DNA of 61,461 nucleotides from Candidatus Fermentibacteraceae bacterium (lineage in GTDB: Bacteria; Fermentibacterota; Fermentibacteria; Fermentibacterales; JCC-6). Below are positions 30,124 through 39,444 of this stretch, piece after piece. The notes beneath the pieces were generated by a model. It was not told the origin of the DNA, did no database searches, and saw only the letters and a list, made by a program, of their open reading frames with translations. The first letter of the stretch is position 1. Each line of letters starts with the position of its first letter. Where the stretch lies: positions 1 through 61,461 of the forward strand of contig JAWLEP010000018.1 of assembly GCA_041686025.1 (NCBI GenBank), given 5' to 3'. Made by a program: the position numbers and the translations under genes.

Positions 30124-30264
30124 CTACTGCTCGTCCCCGCAGCAGCAGGGATGCTTCTTCACCTTTCCGTGGCACTCCTCGACCTGCTCGGGCGGGCAGT
30201 CGCCGGGTTCGTGGTCGCCCAGCCTCTCTGGATGCTCGCATTTGCCCTTCTTCTCACCGCACAT
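30124..30264 (-). CDS. 46-aa Cys/His-rich micro-protein (not in the ORF track)
   Basis: MCGEKKGKCEHPERLGDHEPGDCPPEQVEECHGKVKKHPCCCGDEQ; SD GAGGAG; fills the gap between arsR and the Spy-like gene. Confidence 0.75.
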   Translation of the reverse strand: MCGEKKGKCEHPERLGDHEPGDCPPEQVEECHGKVKKHPCCCGDEQ

Positions 30265-30275
30265 GTCAGCTCCTC

Positions 30276-30611
30276 TCATCGATCATCCGTTTGCATCGAC
30301 TCGCACTCCCCATCGGGCTTGCGGCAAGGGGCTTCTTCCCTGATTCGCAGCAGGGTCTCAAGCCCGGCCTCCATCTCACGAAGCCTTTCCTTCACCAGTG
30401 AGTAGTGCACGTGGCTGCCGCAGCGGCAGTCCTCCACCAGTCCGGCCGAACGAAGTATCCGCAGGTGCTGCGATGCCGCGGAGGGTGAGATGCCGGCCTT
30501 CCTGGCGATTCCCCCCGCGCACAGGGGATGCCGCCCCAGCAGGGCCAGTATCCTCAGCCTGGTCTCGGAGGCCAGCGCCTTCATGGCGTCGGCCAGCCGC
30601 GCTTCGTCCAT
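30276..30611 (-). CDS. ArsR/SmtB family repressor
   Basis: KALASETRLRIL, PLCAGGI, AASQHLRIL. Confidence 0.88.
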   Translation of the reverse strand: MDEARLADAMKALASETRLRILALLGRHPLCAGGIARKAGISPSAASQHLRILRSAGLVEDCRCGSHVHYSLVKERLREMEAGLETLLRIREEAPCRKPDGECESMQTDDR

Positions 30612-30620
30612 GGAACCTCC

Positions 30621-30648
30621 ATTTCAGTAATTGCTAAACTACCGAAAT
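30621..30648. promoter_or_regulatory. Putative ArsR operator ATTTCAGTA-N10-TACCGAAAT
   Basis: 8/9 inverted repeat immediately upstream of the arsR SD. Confidence 0.6.
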
Positions 30649-30770
30649 ATTACCGCTGGTCAAGTCCGGTGCGGCCCGACCCGGGTCGGCAGACTGCTCG
30701 AAGAATGTCTCGCCCGCCGGCGACAGCCTCGACTGCGGCCGCGTTCCTTATCATGAAAGAACGGGAAGCT

Positions 30771-31157
30771 ATGGACCCGAGGCAGGACCCGAAGGGGGCG
30801 CTGATGCTCGCTCTGGCCAGGCTCCTGGTGCAGAAGCAGCTGGCCCGGCTGGCGGGCTGGAGGCTCTGCGAGGCCAGGACCAACCGCCGGCAGAGCCGCA
30901 TGCTCAAGAGGCTGAGCCTGGAGGAGGGCGAGGAGCTCTCCATCACCGACTGTTTTGTGCCGGAGGGCGAAGAAACCTCCGGGGATTTCGTAGTCCTGCG
31001 GGGAATTGGGGACGTAAGGAGGGCCTTCCGGAAGCATCCGGAGCGGCTGTTCTGGCTCCGGCCGGCGCCGCGGTTCATGGACATATGCCACGTCCTCAGC
31101 GGCCGGGAGGCAAGCGTGGGCGAGGACGGCTACAGCGAGAGGACGACGGAGGAGTAG
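30771..31157 (+). CDS. Hypothetical protein
   Basis: Protein-like composition; no recognised motif. Confidence 0.55.
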   Translation: MDPRQDPKGALMLALARLLVQKQLARLAGWRLCEARTNRRQSRMLKRLSLEEGEELSITDCFVPEGEETSGDFVVLRGIGDVRRAFRKHPERLFWLRPAPRFMDICHVLSGREASVGEDGYSERTTEE

Positions 31158-31204
31158 GGAATCGGTCCGCTGTTCTGCGTCGCGTATGCCGGGGAAGGAG
31201 GATC

Positions 31205-32713
31205 ATGGGGGATTTCCGCAGAGCATTCTTCTGTCTTTTCGCAGTGACGGGGCTGCTTGCTTCGGCATCCGACGCCGCCGAGGAGTGGAACGTGGCCACC
31301 GGGGGAGACCCGGCCAGGTACGGCTTCTGCTCGGCCCTGGGGCCGGACGACGAGGCTCTGCTGTGGCAGGGGGGCGCCTCCGCCGTCATCGGATGGCAGC
31401 CGGTGACCGACGGCGACGTCATGGTGGTGGCCCGCTGCTTCGACATAGGCGACGTGCTGCACGGTACGCTGATCTACGCCTACGACATCCATGATGGCCA
31501 GGAGCTCTGGTCGGCCGACCTGCCCGTGGACTTCCCCTCCACAGACTGGCGCAACCACGTATCGGGCATCCGCGGCGGGGTGGTCTACGCCTCCCGGGCC
31601 GGAAACACCAACGCCTCCTACATGTACGCCCTGGACGCCACCGACGGCTCGCAGCTCTGGAAGTCCGACGACCTGGTGGACGAGTCCAGCACCGAGGGGG
31701 TCTCCTTCGCCCCGAACGGTGACCTGATCGTGGGCAACTACAACAGCGTCATGCGTATAGACGCCGGCGACGGCAGCACCGTGTGGACCGCCGACCGGAG
31801 CTCGCCCACCAGCAACGGCTCCATGGTGGCCGTCTACGGCGGAAAGGCCTACGGCTGGGCCGCCGGATCCAGCGGCCCCACCATAGAGGTCTTCGACCTG
31901 GACAACGGGGACTTCCTCTACGAGAGCCCGGCGGTATACGGAGGCTACATACAGCAGGTGGCACCATTCGTGGGCCCCGACGGCACCGTCTACGCCCCCC
32001 GCTCCCAGAACAACCCGGCAACGGACTACCTGGTGGCCTTCGAGGACACCGGAAGCGGCCTTGTGGAGAAGTGGGAGGCCGAGCTGGGCTACGTGCCCTT
32101 CTCCTCCTTCTCGGTGGGGGCCGACGGCAGCGTCTACAGCTACAGCAGAGGCGGCGAGGTGGTGCGACTCGACCCCGATGACGGCACCGTCCTCAACACC
32201 TCCATGAACGTGGATGCCGGCACCAGCACATACATGGCCGCCGACGGGGCGGGAAGGCTGTTCGTAGCCTCCGAGAGCACCATCTACTCCTTCGACGCAG
32301 ACCTGTCGCTGCGCTGGTCGGCATCCGTATCCAGCGTGGACGCCCCGGCCATAGCCTGGGACGGCACCCTCATCGTCTGCGGCACCGGCACGGACATACG
32401 CGCCTACGAGGGCGAGGGCACCGGTGTTCACGATGCCCACGGAACGGGAATCGGCGGCGCTTCCCTGAGGATTGCGTCCAACCCGGTACGCAGCACCGCC
32501 CGGATCAGCTTCGGGATGCGGCAGCCGGCCTCCGCGACCCTGCGGGTCTACTCCGCCGAGGGCAGGCTGGTGCAGACGGGGAGCCTGGGCAGCCTGCAGG
32601 CAGGCGGCCACGCCCATGACCTGGACGTCTCGGCGAGGCCGTCGGGAGTGTACATGCTCGAGCTGGTCCTGGACGGCGCCCCGGCGGGAACCGCCCGGAT
32701 GGTGGTCCTGTAG
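31205..32713 (+). CDS. Secreted PQQ/BamB-like beta-propeller with T9SS-like C-terminal domain
   Basis: YALDATDGSQLW-type repeats; tail ASNPV...VYSAEGRLV...SGVYML. Confidence 0.8.
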   Translation: MGDFRRAFFCLFAVTGLLASASDAAEEWNVATGGDPARYGFCSALGPDDEALLWQGGASAVIGWQPVTDGDVMVVARCFDIGDVLHGTLIYAYDIHDGQELWSADLPVDFPSTDWRNHVSGIRGGVVYASRAGNTNASYMYALDATDGSQLWKSDDLVDESSTEGVSFAPNGDLIVGNYNSVMRIDAGDGSTVWTADRSSPTSNGSMVAVYGGKAYGWAAGSSGPTIEVFDLDNGDFLYESPAVYGGYIQQVAPFVGPDGTVYAPRSQNNPATDYLVAFEDTGSGLVEKWEAELGYVPFSSFSVGADGSVYSYSRGGEVVRLDPDDGTVLNTSMNVDAGTSTYMAADGAGRLFVASESTIYSFDADLSLRWSASVSSVDAPAIAWDGTLIVCGTGTDIRAYEGEGTGVHDAHGTGIGGASLRIASNPVRSTARISFGMRQPASATLRVYSAEGRLVQTGSLGSLQAGGHAHDLDVSARPSGVYMLELVLDGAPAGTARMVVL

Positions 32714-32725
32714 ACGGAGGCAGTG

Positions 32726-32764
32726 GCGGCTCCCCGGCCCTCCGGACGGGGAGCCGCATTTTTT
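32726..32764 (+). terminator. Intrinsic terminator
   Basis: GCGGCTCCCCG/CGGGGAGCCGC stem followed by a T run, between convergent genes. Confidence 0.8.
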
Positions 32765-32776
32765 CCCGGCCCCGGG

Positions 32777-35080
32777 CTAGCGCAGCAGTGTGACCTTCCT
32801 GGACCGCGATACGCGGCCGCCGGCCCGGGCCCGCAGAACGTACAGGCCCGAGGGAAGCTCGGCCAGGTCCCAGCTGAGGCCGTTCCAGCCCGCCGGCAGG
32901 GGGCCCTCGTTCCGCACGGCCACCAGCCTGCCCCGGAGGTCGTAGACCTCCAGGCTCACCGGGGCCGGACCCTCCACGGAGAGCTGGATGGAAAGCGCTC
33001 CGGCGCTGGGGTTGGGGCTGGGCTGGGCCAGGGCCAGACCGGCGCCCGCCCCCTCCGTCCCTTCCACGCCCTCGGGGCCCACGTCTACGCCCAGGGTGTC
33101 GAAGGCGTAGTTGTGCATCCAGGCCCCCACCAGCACCGAGTCACCCTCTGTGCCGTCGAATTCCAGGGTCACCTGTCCGGAGGAGTCCGTGGTGTCGCTG
33201 GCGTAGAAGCCCTCCGGGTCGTCGGGATGGTTGCCCACTCCGTCCGATGCGGATACCGTGACCCCGCTCACGGGAGAGCCCTGGGACAGCACGGTGTAGG
33301 TGACCGACTGGGGGCCCTCGTCCACGAAGGCGGGGCCGGAGAGCTCCAGGGCGAAGGGAGAGCCTGTCTGGTCGCAGTTGAAGATGTCCTGTGCCGGGTC
33401 GCCGAACCAGTGGTACATCCTGGCGTTGATCAGTCCGTAGTAGGGGTAGGCGGTTATCATGTCCACCCTGGCGGCGTCCATGGCCTCCCCGGCCATGGTG
33501 ATGCCGTCGCGGTAGAGGGCCCAGTAGATGCCCTTGTCCAGCGTGTTGTTGGGGGTGGTGTAGGACGATGCGCTGGCGGCCAGCGTTCCGCTGGCGCCCA
33601 CACCGGGAGCCGCCATCCAGCTCTCCGCCAGGCAGTTGTAGGACAGGTTGTGCTCGCCGTTCAGGCAGGCGACGTTGAACACAGGCGGAAAGAAGGTGTT
33701 GGTTAGGCCGTAGATGTTACCCGCGCTCCACCCCGGAGCCCACTGCCAGTGGGTCGTCTGTCCATGCCCGCGGTAGTTCACCGTCCCCACGCCCTCGTTT
33801 ATCCGCTCCTCCAGCATCTCCGCCGTGGCCCCCTCGGGGGGGTAGAAGGTGTCGAAGACCAGGTCGGTAAGGGCGTAGGTGTAGTTTTTGATGGAGTTCT
33901 TGTTGGCCGTGTACTTGCTGGGGTAGTCCTCCTCGTGGGCGGCCAGGGCGGATGCGGCCGGTATGGAGGCCTCTCCCGGCGTGCCCGTGTGCGAAATGTA
34001 GGAGACCACCTTGTCCACCTGGTTGGGGATGTCGTCGGCGGTGTCCGAGAAGCGGCCCACCGCAACGTCGGCGTAGTTGTCGCTGTCCACGCAGGCGTAC
34101 CGGTAGTCCCCGTAGAAGCCGGCGTACTGATGCGACGGGAGCTGCTGGTGCGGGCCCGCTATCACCACGAACCTGGTCACCCCCTCCTGGTAGACCGAGT
34201 TCACGGCCGTCTCTATCTGCATGGAGGTGGCCGGGTTCGGAAGGACCTCTACGTGGACGTGGTTGCCCAGGACGTGCTGCAGGCGCACCAGGGGGGTGAT
34301 GGAGGCCAGGTTGTCCTCGTTGGTTATCAGCACGTACTCCGGGCCGTCTCCGTCACGCATTGAGGCATGGGGCACCGGCAGGTCTCCGTGGTTGATGATC
34401 CTGCTGCGGTGCAGCCTCTGGATCGGCTCGGAGATGGCGGGGAAGGACTCCGCATGGCCCTCGAAGACGACGTCCACCTCGATGGTGGCCGCCGCCAGCA
34501 GCTTCCGCCTGGCGCCGATCCAGGCCAGGGGGGAGACCTCCAGCCGCGCAACCGGCATTCCGCCCCAGTTGCCGGGGCTGTCGATCCGCGCCCGGCTGTC
34601 GGGATAGGCGCTATCGGAGCCGTAGGCCTCCCGGTCCGGAGAAACGAAGGGGCCGTCCGCCGGTCCGGAATCGATGGTGGGAGGCTGGGTGGGGTAGAGG
34701 TGCACGTCGTCTATCTCCGACTGGCCCCCGAGCCTCACCGCCCCTATCACCGGCTCGGTTCCCGGGGGGTGTGAGAACAGCAGCGGCACCACCGGCAGCT
34801 CCGGCAGGCCCGGGTCGGACTCGTCCAGGGGCTGGTCTGGCAGATCTACGCGCTGGTAGACCGTTCCTCCCCCCGGGTGGTCGTACAGCCAGAAGCCGGG
34901 CACCTCCAGAACCAGCGTGAAGCCCCCGGTGCCGGAGTCGCGGAGGCTGTAGCCGGGAGGCTCGCCGGCCTCCCCGTCCAGGAAGACCCAGTCTGTGGCC
35001 TCGCAGGCCGGAGCGGCAGAAGCCGCAGCCAGCAGGCCCGTCAGGAACAGAACGCCCATAGACCCGTAACCCGCACGCAT
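32777..35080 (-). CDS. Peptidase C25 (gingipain-like) with propeptide and C-terminal sorting domain
   Basis: PGLPELP propeptide, D..YA...VGRF, NYRGHG (His), VACLNG (Cys), FGDP, tail PSPNP...VYDLRGRLV...SGLY. Confidence 0.87.
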   Translation of the reverse strand: MRAGYGSMGVLFLTGLLAAASAAPACEATDWVFLDGEAGEPPGYSLRDSGTGGFTLVLEVPGFWLYDHPGGGTVYQRVDLPDQPLDESDPGLPELPVVPLLFSHPPGTEPVIGAVRLGGQSEIDDVHLYPTQPPTIDSGPADGPFVSPDREAYGSDSAYPDSRARIDSPGNWGGMPVARLEVSPLAWIGARRKLLAAATIEVDVVFEGHAESFPAISEPIQRLHRSRIINHGDLPVPHASMRDGDGPEYVLITNEDNLASITPLVRLQHVLGNHVHVEVLPNPATSMQIETAVNSVYQEGVTRFVVIAGPHQQLPSHQYAGFYGDYRYACVDSDNYADVAVGRFSDTADDIPNQVDKVVSYISHTGTPGEASIPAASALAAHEEDYPSKYTANKNSIKNYTYALTDLVFDTFYPPEGATAEMLEERINEGVGTVNYRGHGQTTHWQWAPGWSAGNIYGLTNTFFPPVFNVACLNGEHNLSYNCLAESWMAAPGVGASGTLAASASSYTTPNNTLDKGIYWALYRDGITMAGEAMDAARVDMITAYPYYGLINARMYHWFGDPAQDIFNCDQTGSPFALELSGPAFVDEGPQSVTYTVLSQGSPVSGVTVSASDGVGNHPDDPEGFYASDTTDSSGQVTLEFDGTEGDSVLVGAWMHNYAFDTLGVDVGPEGVEGTEGAGAGLALAQPSPNPSAGALSIQLSVEGPAPVSLEVYDLRGRLVAVRNEGPLPAGWNGLSWDLAELPSGLYVLRARAGGRVSRSRKVTLLR

Positions 35081-35315
35081 AGAAACCTCCCAGTTCTCAT
35101 ACAGTCCGTAGCTTCGGTTCTCCGACTATAACACCCGGAATAACACCCGGGGGTTCCCCGAGTGCGACACCGTCCATCTTTCGCCTCGGCGCAACACTGC
35201 CGTCGGAGGGGACGAGCCGGGCTACGGGGGCCTGCGCCCGATGGAACCCGGGGCGCGTGATGCGGTATATCTGCAGTTACATCCGTGCTGACATCTACCA
35301 GCGAAGGGAGCCGGT

Positions 35316-35906
35316 TTGCGTAGAATCTCCTTCCAGATCATGGCACTGGCCGCAGCCTCTCTGCTGCTGTCGGGGTGCAACACGGCCAGCCAGATGGCGT
35401 CCATGGGGATGCCGTCCAACTCCGCGCGATCCCCCGTTCTGGATACGAAGCCGCAGTGGCGAATCGCCGTGCTTCCTCCCACATCATCATCCTCTTCGTT
35501 CGGTGCGGCCACCGCGAACCTGGCGGATTACGCCGGGCTGGCCCTGCTCCGCACCGACAGGTTCACCCTGGTGGACAGGTCGGTGGTGGAAGAGCTGCTG
35601 GACGAGCAGGAGTTCTCCTACTCCGGGGCGGTGGACCCGTCTACGGCCGTTCGGCTGGGGAGCATGCTGGGAGCCGAGGCGGTGATGACCATCAACGTAA
35701 GCTCCATCTCCCATGACGGCTTCTGGGAGGATGAGCCGGATCAGAGGGACGCCAGCATCATGGTGAAAATCATATCCGTGGAGACCGCGGAGGTCCTGTA
35801 CACCTCCACGGGCGAAGGCTCCAGCTTCGATGGCGCCGAGGATGCCCTTAGGATGGCCATGGAAGTGTCCCTGATAGGGCTATTCGATGGAAACGGACGG
35901 TCATGA
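35316..35906 (+). CDS. CsgG/HfaB-like lipoprotein
   Basis: Lipobox LLSGC; FTLVDRSVVEELLDEQ...AVRLGSMLGAEAV...VETAEVL. Confidence 0.75.
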   Translation: MRRISFQIMALAAASLLLSGCNTASQMASMGMPSNSARSPVLDTKPQWRIAVLPPTSSSSSFGAATANLADYAGLALLRTDRFTLVDRSVVEELLDEQEFSYSGAVDPSTAVRLGSMLGAEAVMTINVSSISHDGFWEDEPDQRDASIMVKIISVETAEVLYTSTGEGSSFDGAEDALRMAMEVSLIGLFDGNGRS

Positions 35907-36862
35907 GATACGCTATCGCAATGATGCAGACGGGACTTATCCTCCTGGCGGGCTGCACGGCCGCAACCACCCGCTCCTCGGGCGGCGCCTCTACGGGGAC
36001 GGGCACTCCCGGCAGAACGGCCACCCCCGCGGAGATCGAGGAGGTTCTCTCCGAGTCGCCCCCCCTGGAGCTGGCCTCCTCCGGCGGGGTCACCGAGAGC
36101 TTCGACAACGGCGAGGTCGACTGGTCGGACAACAGGGTCCGGGCCACCGGTACCGGCGTGCTGGACCCCGACAACCCCAACCGGGCCCAGGCCCGACTCA
36201 TGGCCGAGCGGGCCGCGGTGGTGGTGGCCCAGAGGAACCTGCTGGAGATCGTACAGGGAGTGCGCGTGGATTCCGAGACCAGGGTGGAGAACTTCATGAC
36301 CGACTACGACGTGATCTACACCCGGGTGGAGGGCGTGGTCAGAGACGCCCGTCAGATCGGGCCAGCTGTATACGATTCCGCCGCTGGCACCGTAGAGGTG
36401 GAGCTGGAGATGGAGATATACGATTCCGGGGGACTCTCCGGCGCCATAGGCGCCGCCCTCGACAGCCCCGCTGCAGGCGATCTCGCCATCTCCGAGCAGA
36501 CCAGGGAGTTCCTGCAGCAGTACTCCGGACTGGTGCTCGACGGCACCGATGCCGGGCTGAAGCCCTCCATGTACCCCAAGATCTACGATTCCGACGGCAA
36601 CCTCCTCATCGATACCAGCCAGTACGCCTCGTACCTGGGAGCCGGAGAGGGAACCGCCCTGCAGTTCATCTCCGACCTCGACCGGGTACTCTCCCAGACG
36701 GGGCTGTCCGACTCCCCGCTGGTGCTGAACGTCCGCGGGGCCGCGGGGCAGCTGGGCACCGACATAGTGCTGGGCGAGGAGGAGTCCGGCGCCCTGGGCT
36801 GGCTGAGCTCCGGCCTTCCGCTGCTGATGAGCGCGGGCAAGCTCCTTCTGGGGGTCCTGTAG
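35903..36862 (+). CDS. LPP20-family lipoprotein
   Basis: Lipobox LLAGC; ARLMAERAA..AQRNLLEIVQGVRVDSET. Confidence 0.75.
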   Translation: MRYAIAMMQTGLILLAGCTAATTRSSGGASTGTGTPGRTATPAEIEEVLSESPPLELASSGGVTESFDNGEVDWSDNRVRATGTGVLDPDNPNRAQARLMAERAAVVVAQRNLLEIVQGVRVDSETRVENFMTDYDVIYTRVEGVVRDARQIGPAVYDSAAGTVEVELEMEIYDSGGLSGAIGAALDSPAAGDLAISEQTREFLQQYSGLVLDGTDAGLKPSMYPKIYDSDGNLLIDTSQYASYLGAGEGTALQFISDLDRVLSQTGLSDSPLVLNVRGAAGQLGTDIVLGEEESGALGWLSSGLPLLMSAGKLLLGVL

Positions 36863-36864
36863 TG

Positions 36865-38058
36865 ATGTCGGCGGCCAGAGTCGCGGGAATCGCTCTGCTC
36901 TGCCTGCTGGCGTCCTGCACCCGGCAGACAGTGGTCTCCGGCGGCCGTTCCCCCGGCGATGACGGACGTGGCGCGGAGGAGCACACCGCGCCCGCGCCGG
37001 GGGAGACGGAGGTTCTGGCCGAGGGAGCAGCCGCCGTAACGGGCACCGCCGTCGACATAGCCAGGGACAACGCCATCGACGACGCGCTGAGGAAGGCCGT
37101 GGAGCAGGGGGTCGGCGCCTATGTGGATGCGGAGACCGAGGTGAGCAACTACCAGCTGATCTCCGACAGGATCTACTCCCGCACCCACGGATACGTCTCG
37201 TCGTACAGGGTGATCGACGAGACGCAGGACGGCGGCCTCTACCGGGTGGTGGTCAGGGCGGTGGTCAAGACCGAGGCCATAGAGGACGACCTGGCCGCCA
37301 TAGGCATACTCCTGGCGGAGCAGGGCAGGCCCAGGATAATGGTGGTGATCCGGGAGCTCTCCTCCATGGGAGAGCTCGACGATGCATCCTCCCTCATGGG
37401 CGGCACCATGTTCGAGACAGCCGTGCTGGACCATTTCCGGGAGAAGGGCTTTCCGGTGGTGGATGCACAGACCGCCCGGGAGGTCCTGAGAAGGGACCAG
37501 CTCCGGCTGATGCTGCAGGGCGACGACGATACGGCGGCGCTCCTGGGTCTGCGGGCCGGAGCCGAGATAGTCATCACGGGCACGGCCCTTCACCGGGAGG
37601 AGACCAGGATGATGGCCGGAAGCCCGCGCCGGGTGCACGAGTACCGGGTGAGCGCGAGGGCCGTGAACACGGAAACGGCCGGCCTGCTGGCGGGCAAGGC
37701 CATGACGGTCGCCCTGCCCTTCAGCGAGAGCCAGGCGAGGGCCCGGGCCGCAGACAGCACGGCCTCCCACCTGGAGTCCGCCATCCTCGACGGCTGGACC
37801 CGCAGCGAGAACACCACCCTGCTGGTGGCCGCCAACGCCAGCTTCGAGAGGATGAGCCGCCTCCGGTCCGACATCCGGAACAACGTCAGGGGAGTGGTCG
37901 ACGTGGTCACCAGGGACCTTACCGGCTCCCGGGGCACCATGGAGGTTGTCTCGGAGACATCCACCGAAGAGGTTATGGACGACCTGTCATCCCTGGACAC
38001 GGGCTTCAGGATAACCGGCTTCTCCGGCAACCGCGTGGAGCTGGAGTTCATCGACTGA
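36865..38058 (+). CDS. Lipoprotein with FlgT N-terminal-like domain
   Basis: Lipobox LLASC; ARDNAIDDALRKAVEQGVG...SRTHGYV. Confidence 0.7.
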   Translation: MSAARVAGIALLCLLASCTRQTVVSGGRSPGDDGRGAEEHTAPAPGETEVLAEGAAAVTGTAVDIARDNAIDDALRKAVEQGVGAYVDAETEVSNYQLISDRIYSRTHGYVSSYRVIDETQDGGLYRVVVRAVVKTEAIEDDLAAIGILLAEQGRPRIMVVIRELSSMGELDDASSLMGGTMFETAVLDHFREKGFPVVDAQTAREVLRRDQLRLMLQGDDDTAALLGLRAGAEIVITGTALHREETRMMAGSPRRVHEYRVSARAVNTETAGLLAGKAMTVALPFSESQARARAADSTASHLESAILDGWTRSENTTLLVAANASFERMSRLRSDIRNNVRGVVDVVTRDLTGSRGTMEVVSETSTEEVMDDLSSLDTGFRITGFSGNRVELEFID

Positions 38059-38250
38059 GCGATTCCCTGCTTCGGGCGGACCAATGCGTGGTGGATGCAT
38101 ACCAGACGATTCGGCAGTTTCGATTGCTGCTGACAGAACCGACGGACGTATGAAGTGGACGGAGCGGCGCGAAGGCCTGGAGCTGTGGAAGGGACAGACC
38201 GGAAACCGATACCGGCATCGGCCGGGGGCCCCGAACACGGCGGGAGAACG

Positions 38251-38502
38251 ATGTCGCCGTTCGGCCTCCTTTTCAGGTTGATCGCCTGGTGGTTCGGGTT
38301 CACGGGCCTGTACTCCATGTTCTCCGTCTGCCCCCCTTGCGGTCAGCAGGGCTGTGCCGTCGGCCTTGCTTCCGCAGGAGCTGTCGGTGCTATTCTCACG
38401 CTGTGTGTCCAGGACTGGAAACGCCTCTTCGTCTTTCTGAGACGCAAGCTGTCCAGGCGGACGGCAGGCGCGACAGAGCCAAGACGCACGGGCGAGGGCT
38501 GA
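38251..38502 (+). CDS. Small membrane protein with CPxCG..GC motif
   Basis: Two hydrophobic segments flanking CPPCGQQGC; SD GGGAG. Confidence 0.6.
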   Translation: MSPFGLLFRLIAWWFGFTGLYSMFSVCPPCGQQGCAVGLASAGAVGAILTLCVQDWKRLFVFLRRKLSRRTAGATEPRRTGEG

Positions 38503-38551
38503 CGGTTCCACAACGGAGTCCGGCCGGTTGCGGGTGTCCCTTCGGGGATGC

Positions 38552-39436
38552 TCAGCCCAGGAAGCTGCCGGCCAGCATAAGAGCTCCGAAGAGCATAAGG
38601 ACCGCGCCGCCCACGACGTGAAGGACCCTCTCGATCATCGCCCCCCGGCCCGCCCTGTCCAGCAGGGTGGACAGCCTGCTGCGGAAGAGGCTGCCGGCCA
38701 GCCCGATGCCGCCGAGGACGATTCCCATGCCCAGCGACATCGCCAGGACCGACATCACGCCCACCCAGGGGGAGTCGGAGCCCAGGGCGAACAGCATCAC
38801 AGCTGCGGCCGCCGGACACGGTACCAGCCCGGAGAGGACGATGCCCCAGAGGCCGGTCTTCCCGCCTTCGAGGCTGTGGCCTTCGCGGCGGGCGCCCTCC
38901 ACCAGCATCCATGCCCCGAGCAGGAGGACGATGGCGTAGGTAAGGGGAAGCAGGATGCTCTCTACCCGGTTGACGGACAGCATCATCGACTCGACGGCGA
39001 ATGCATAGAGACCCCAGACCAGGACCACCGCGCTGCCGGCATGGGCGGCCGCCAGGAGTCCTCCGGCGGCGATCCCCCGCAGGGGTGACTCCCGCCGGCC
39101 CAGGAAGTAGCCGGCCAGAACGGTCTTCCGGTGTCCGGGGCCGATGGCGTGGATGAGGCCGTAGAGGAAGGAGATGCCCAGAAGCAGGGCCAGGCCGTTC
39201 GAGGGCCCCTCCCCGGCCGCCCTGCGCATCGCCTGTGAGATCTCCCTCTGCAGGCTTCTCTGGGTGCCCGCCGTCCACTCCGCGAGCCTTCTCAGGGGGC
39301 CTCGGGATACGTCCCCGTCCGCCCCTGCACCGGACGCGGAGTCCCGCCGGGGAGCTGGTGTCCCGTCTATGAACGGATTGCCCTGAGCCAGCAGCGACGA
39401 CACCAGCAGAACGGTCAGCAGCGGTGCCAAACTCAT
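38552..39436 (-). CDS. Nickel/cobalt transporter (RcnA/NiCoT-like)
   Basis: YGLIHAIGPGHRKT and GLVPCPAA motifs. Confidence 0.85.
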   Translation of the reverse strand: MSLAPLLTVLLVSSLLAQGNPFIDGTPAPRRDSASGAGADGDVSRGPLRRLAEWTAGTQRSLQREISQAMRRAAGEGPSNGLALLLGISFLYGLIHAIGPGHRKTVLAGYFLGRRESPLRGIAAGGLLAAAHAGSAVVLVWGLYAFAVESMMLSVNRVESILLPLTYAIVLLLGAWMLVEGARREGHSLEGGKTGLWGIVLSGLVPCPAAAAVMLFALGSDSPWVGVMSVLAMSLGMGIVLGGIGLAGSLFRSRLSTLLDRAGRGAMIERVLHVVGGAVLMLFGALMLAGSFLG

Positions 39437-39444
39437 CCTAGCAG

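Noticed and set aside
35128..35150. Tandem ATAACACCCGG duplication
   Set aside because: Only two copies, no spacer structure; at most a promoter motif
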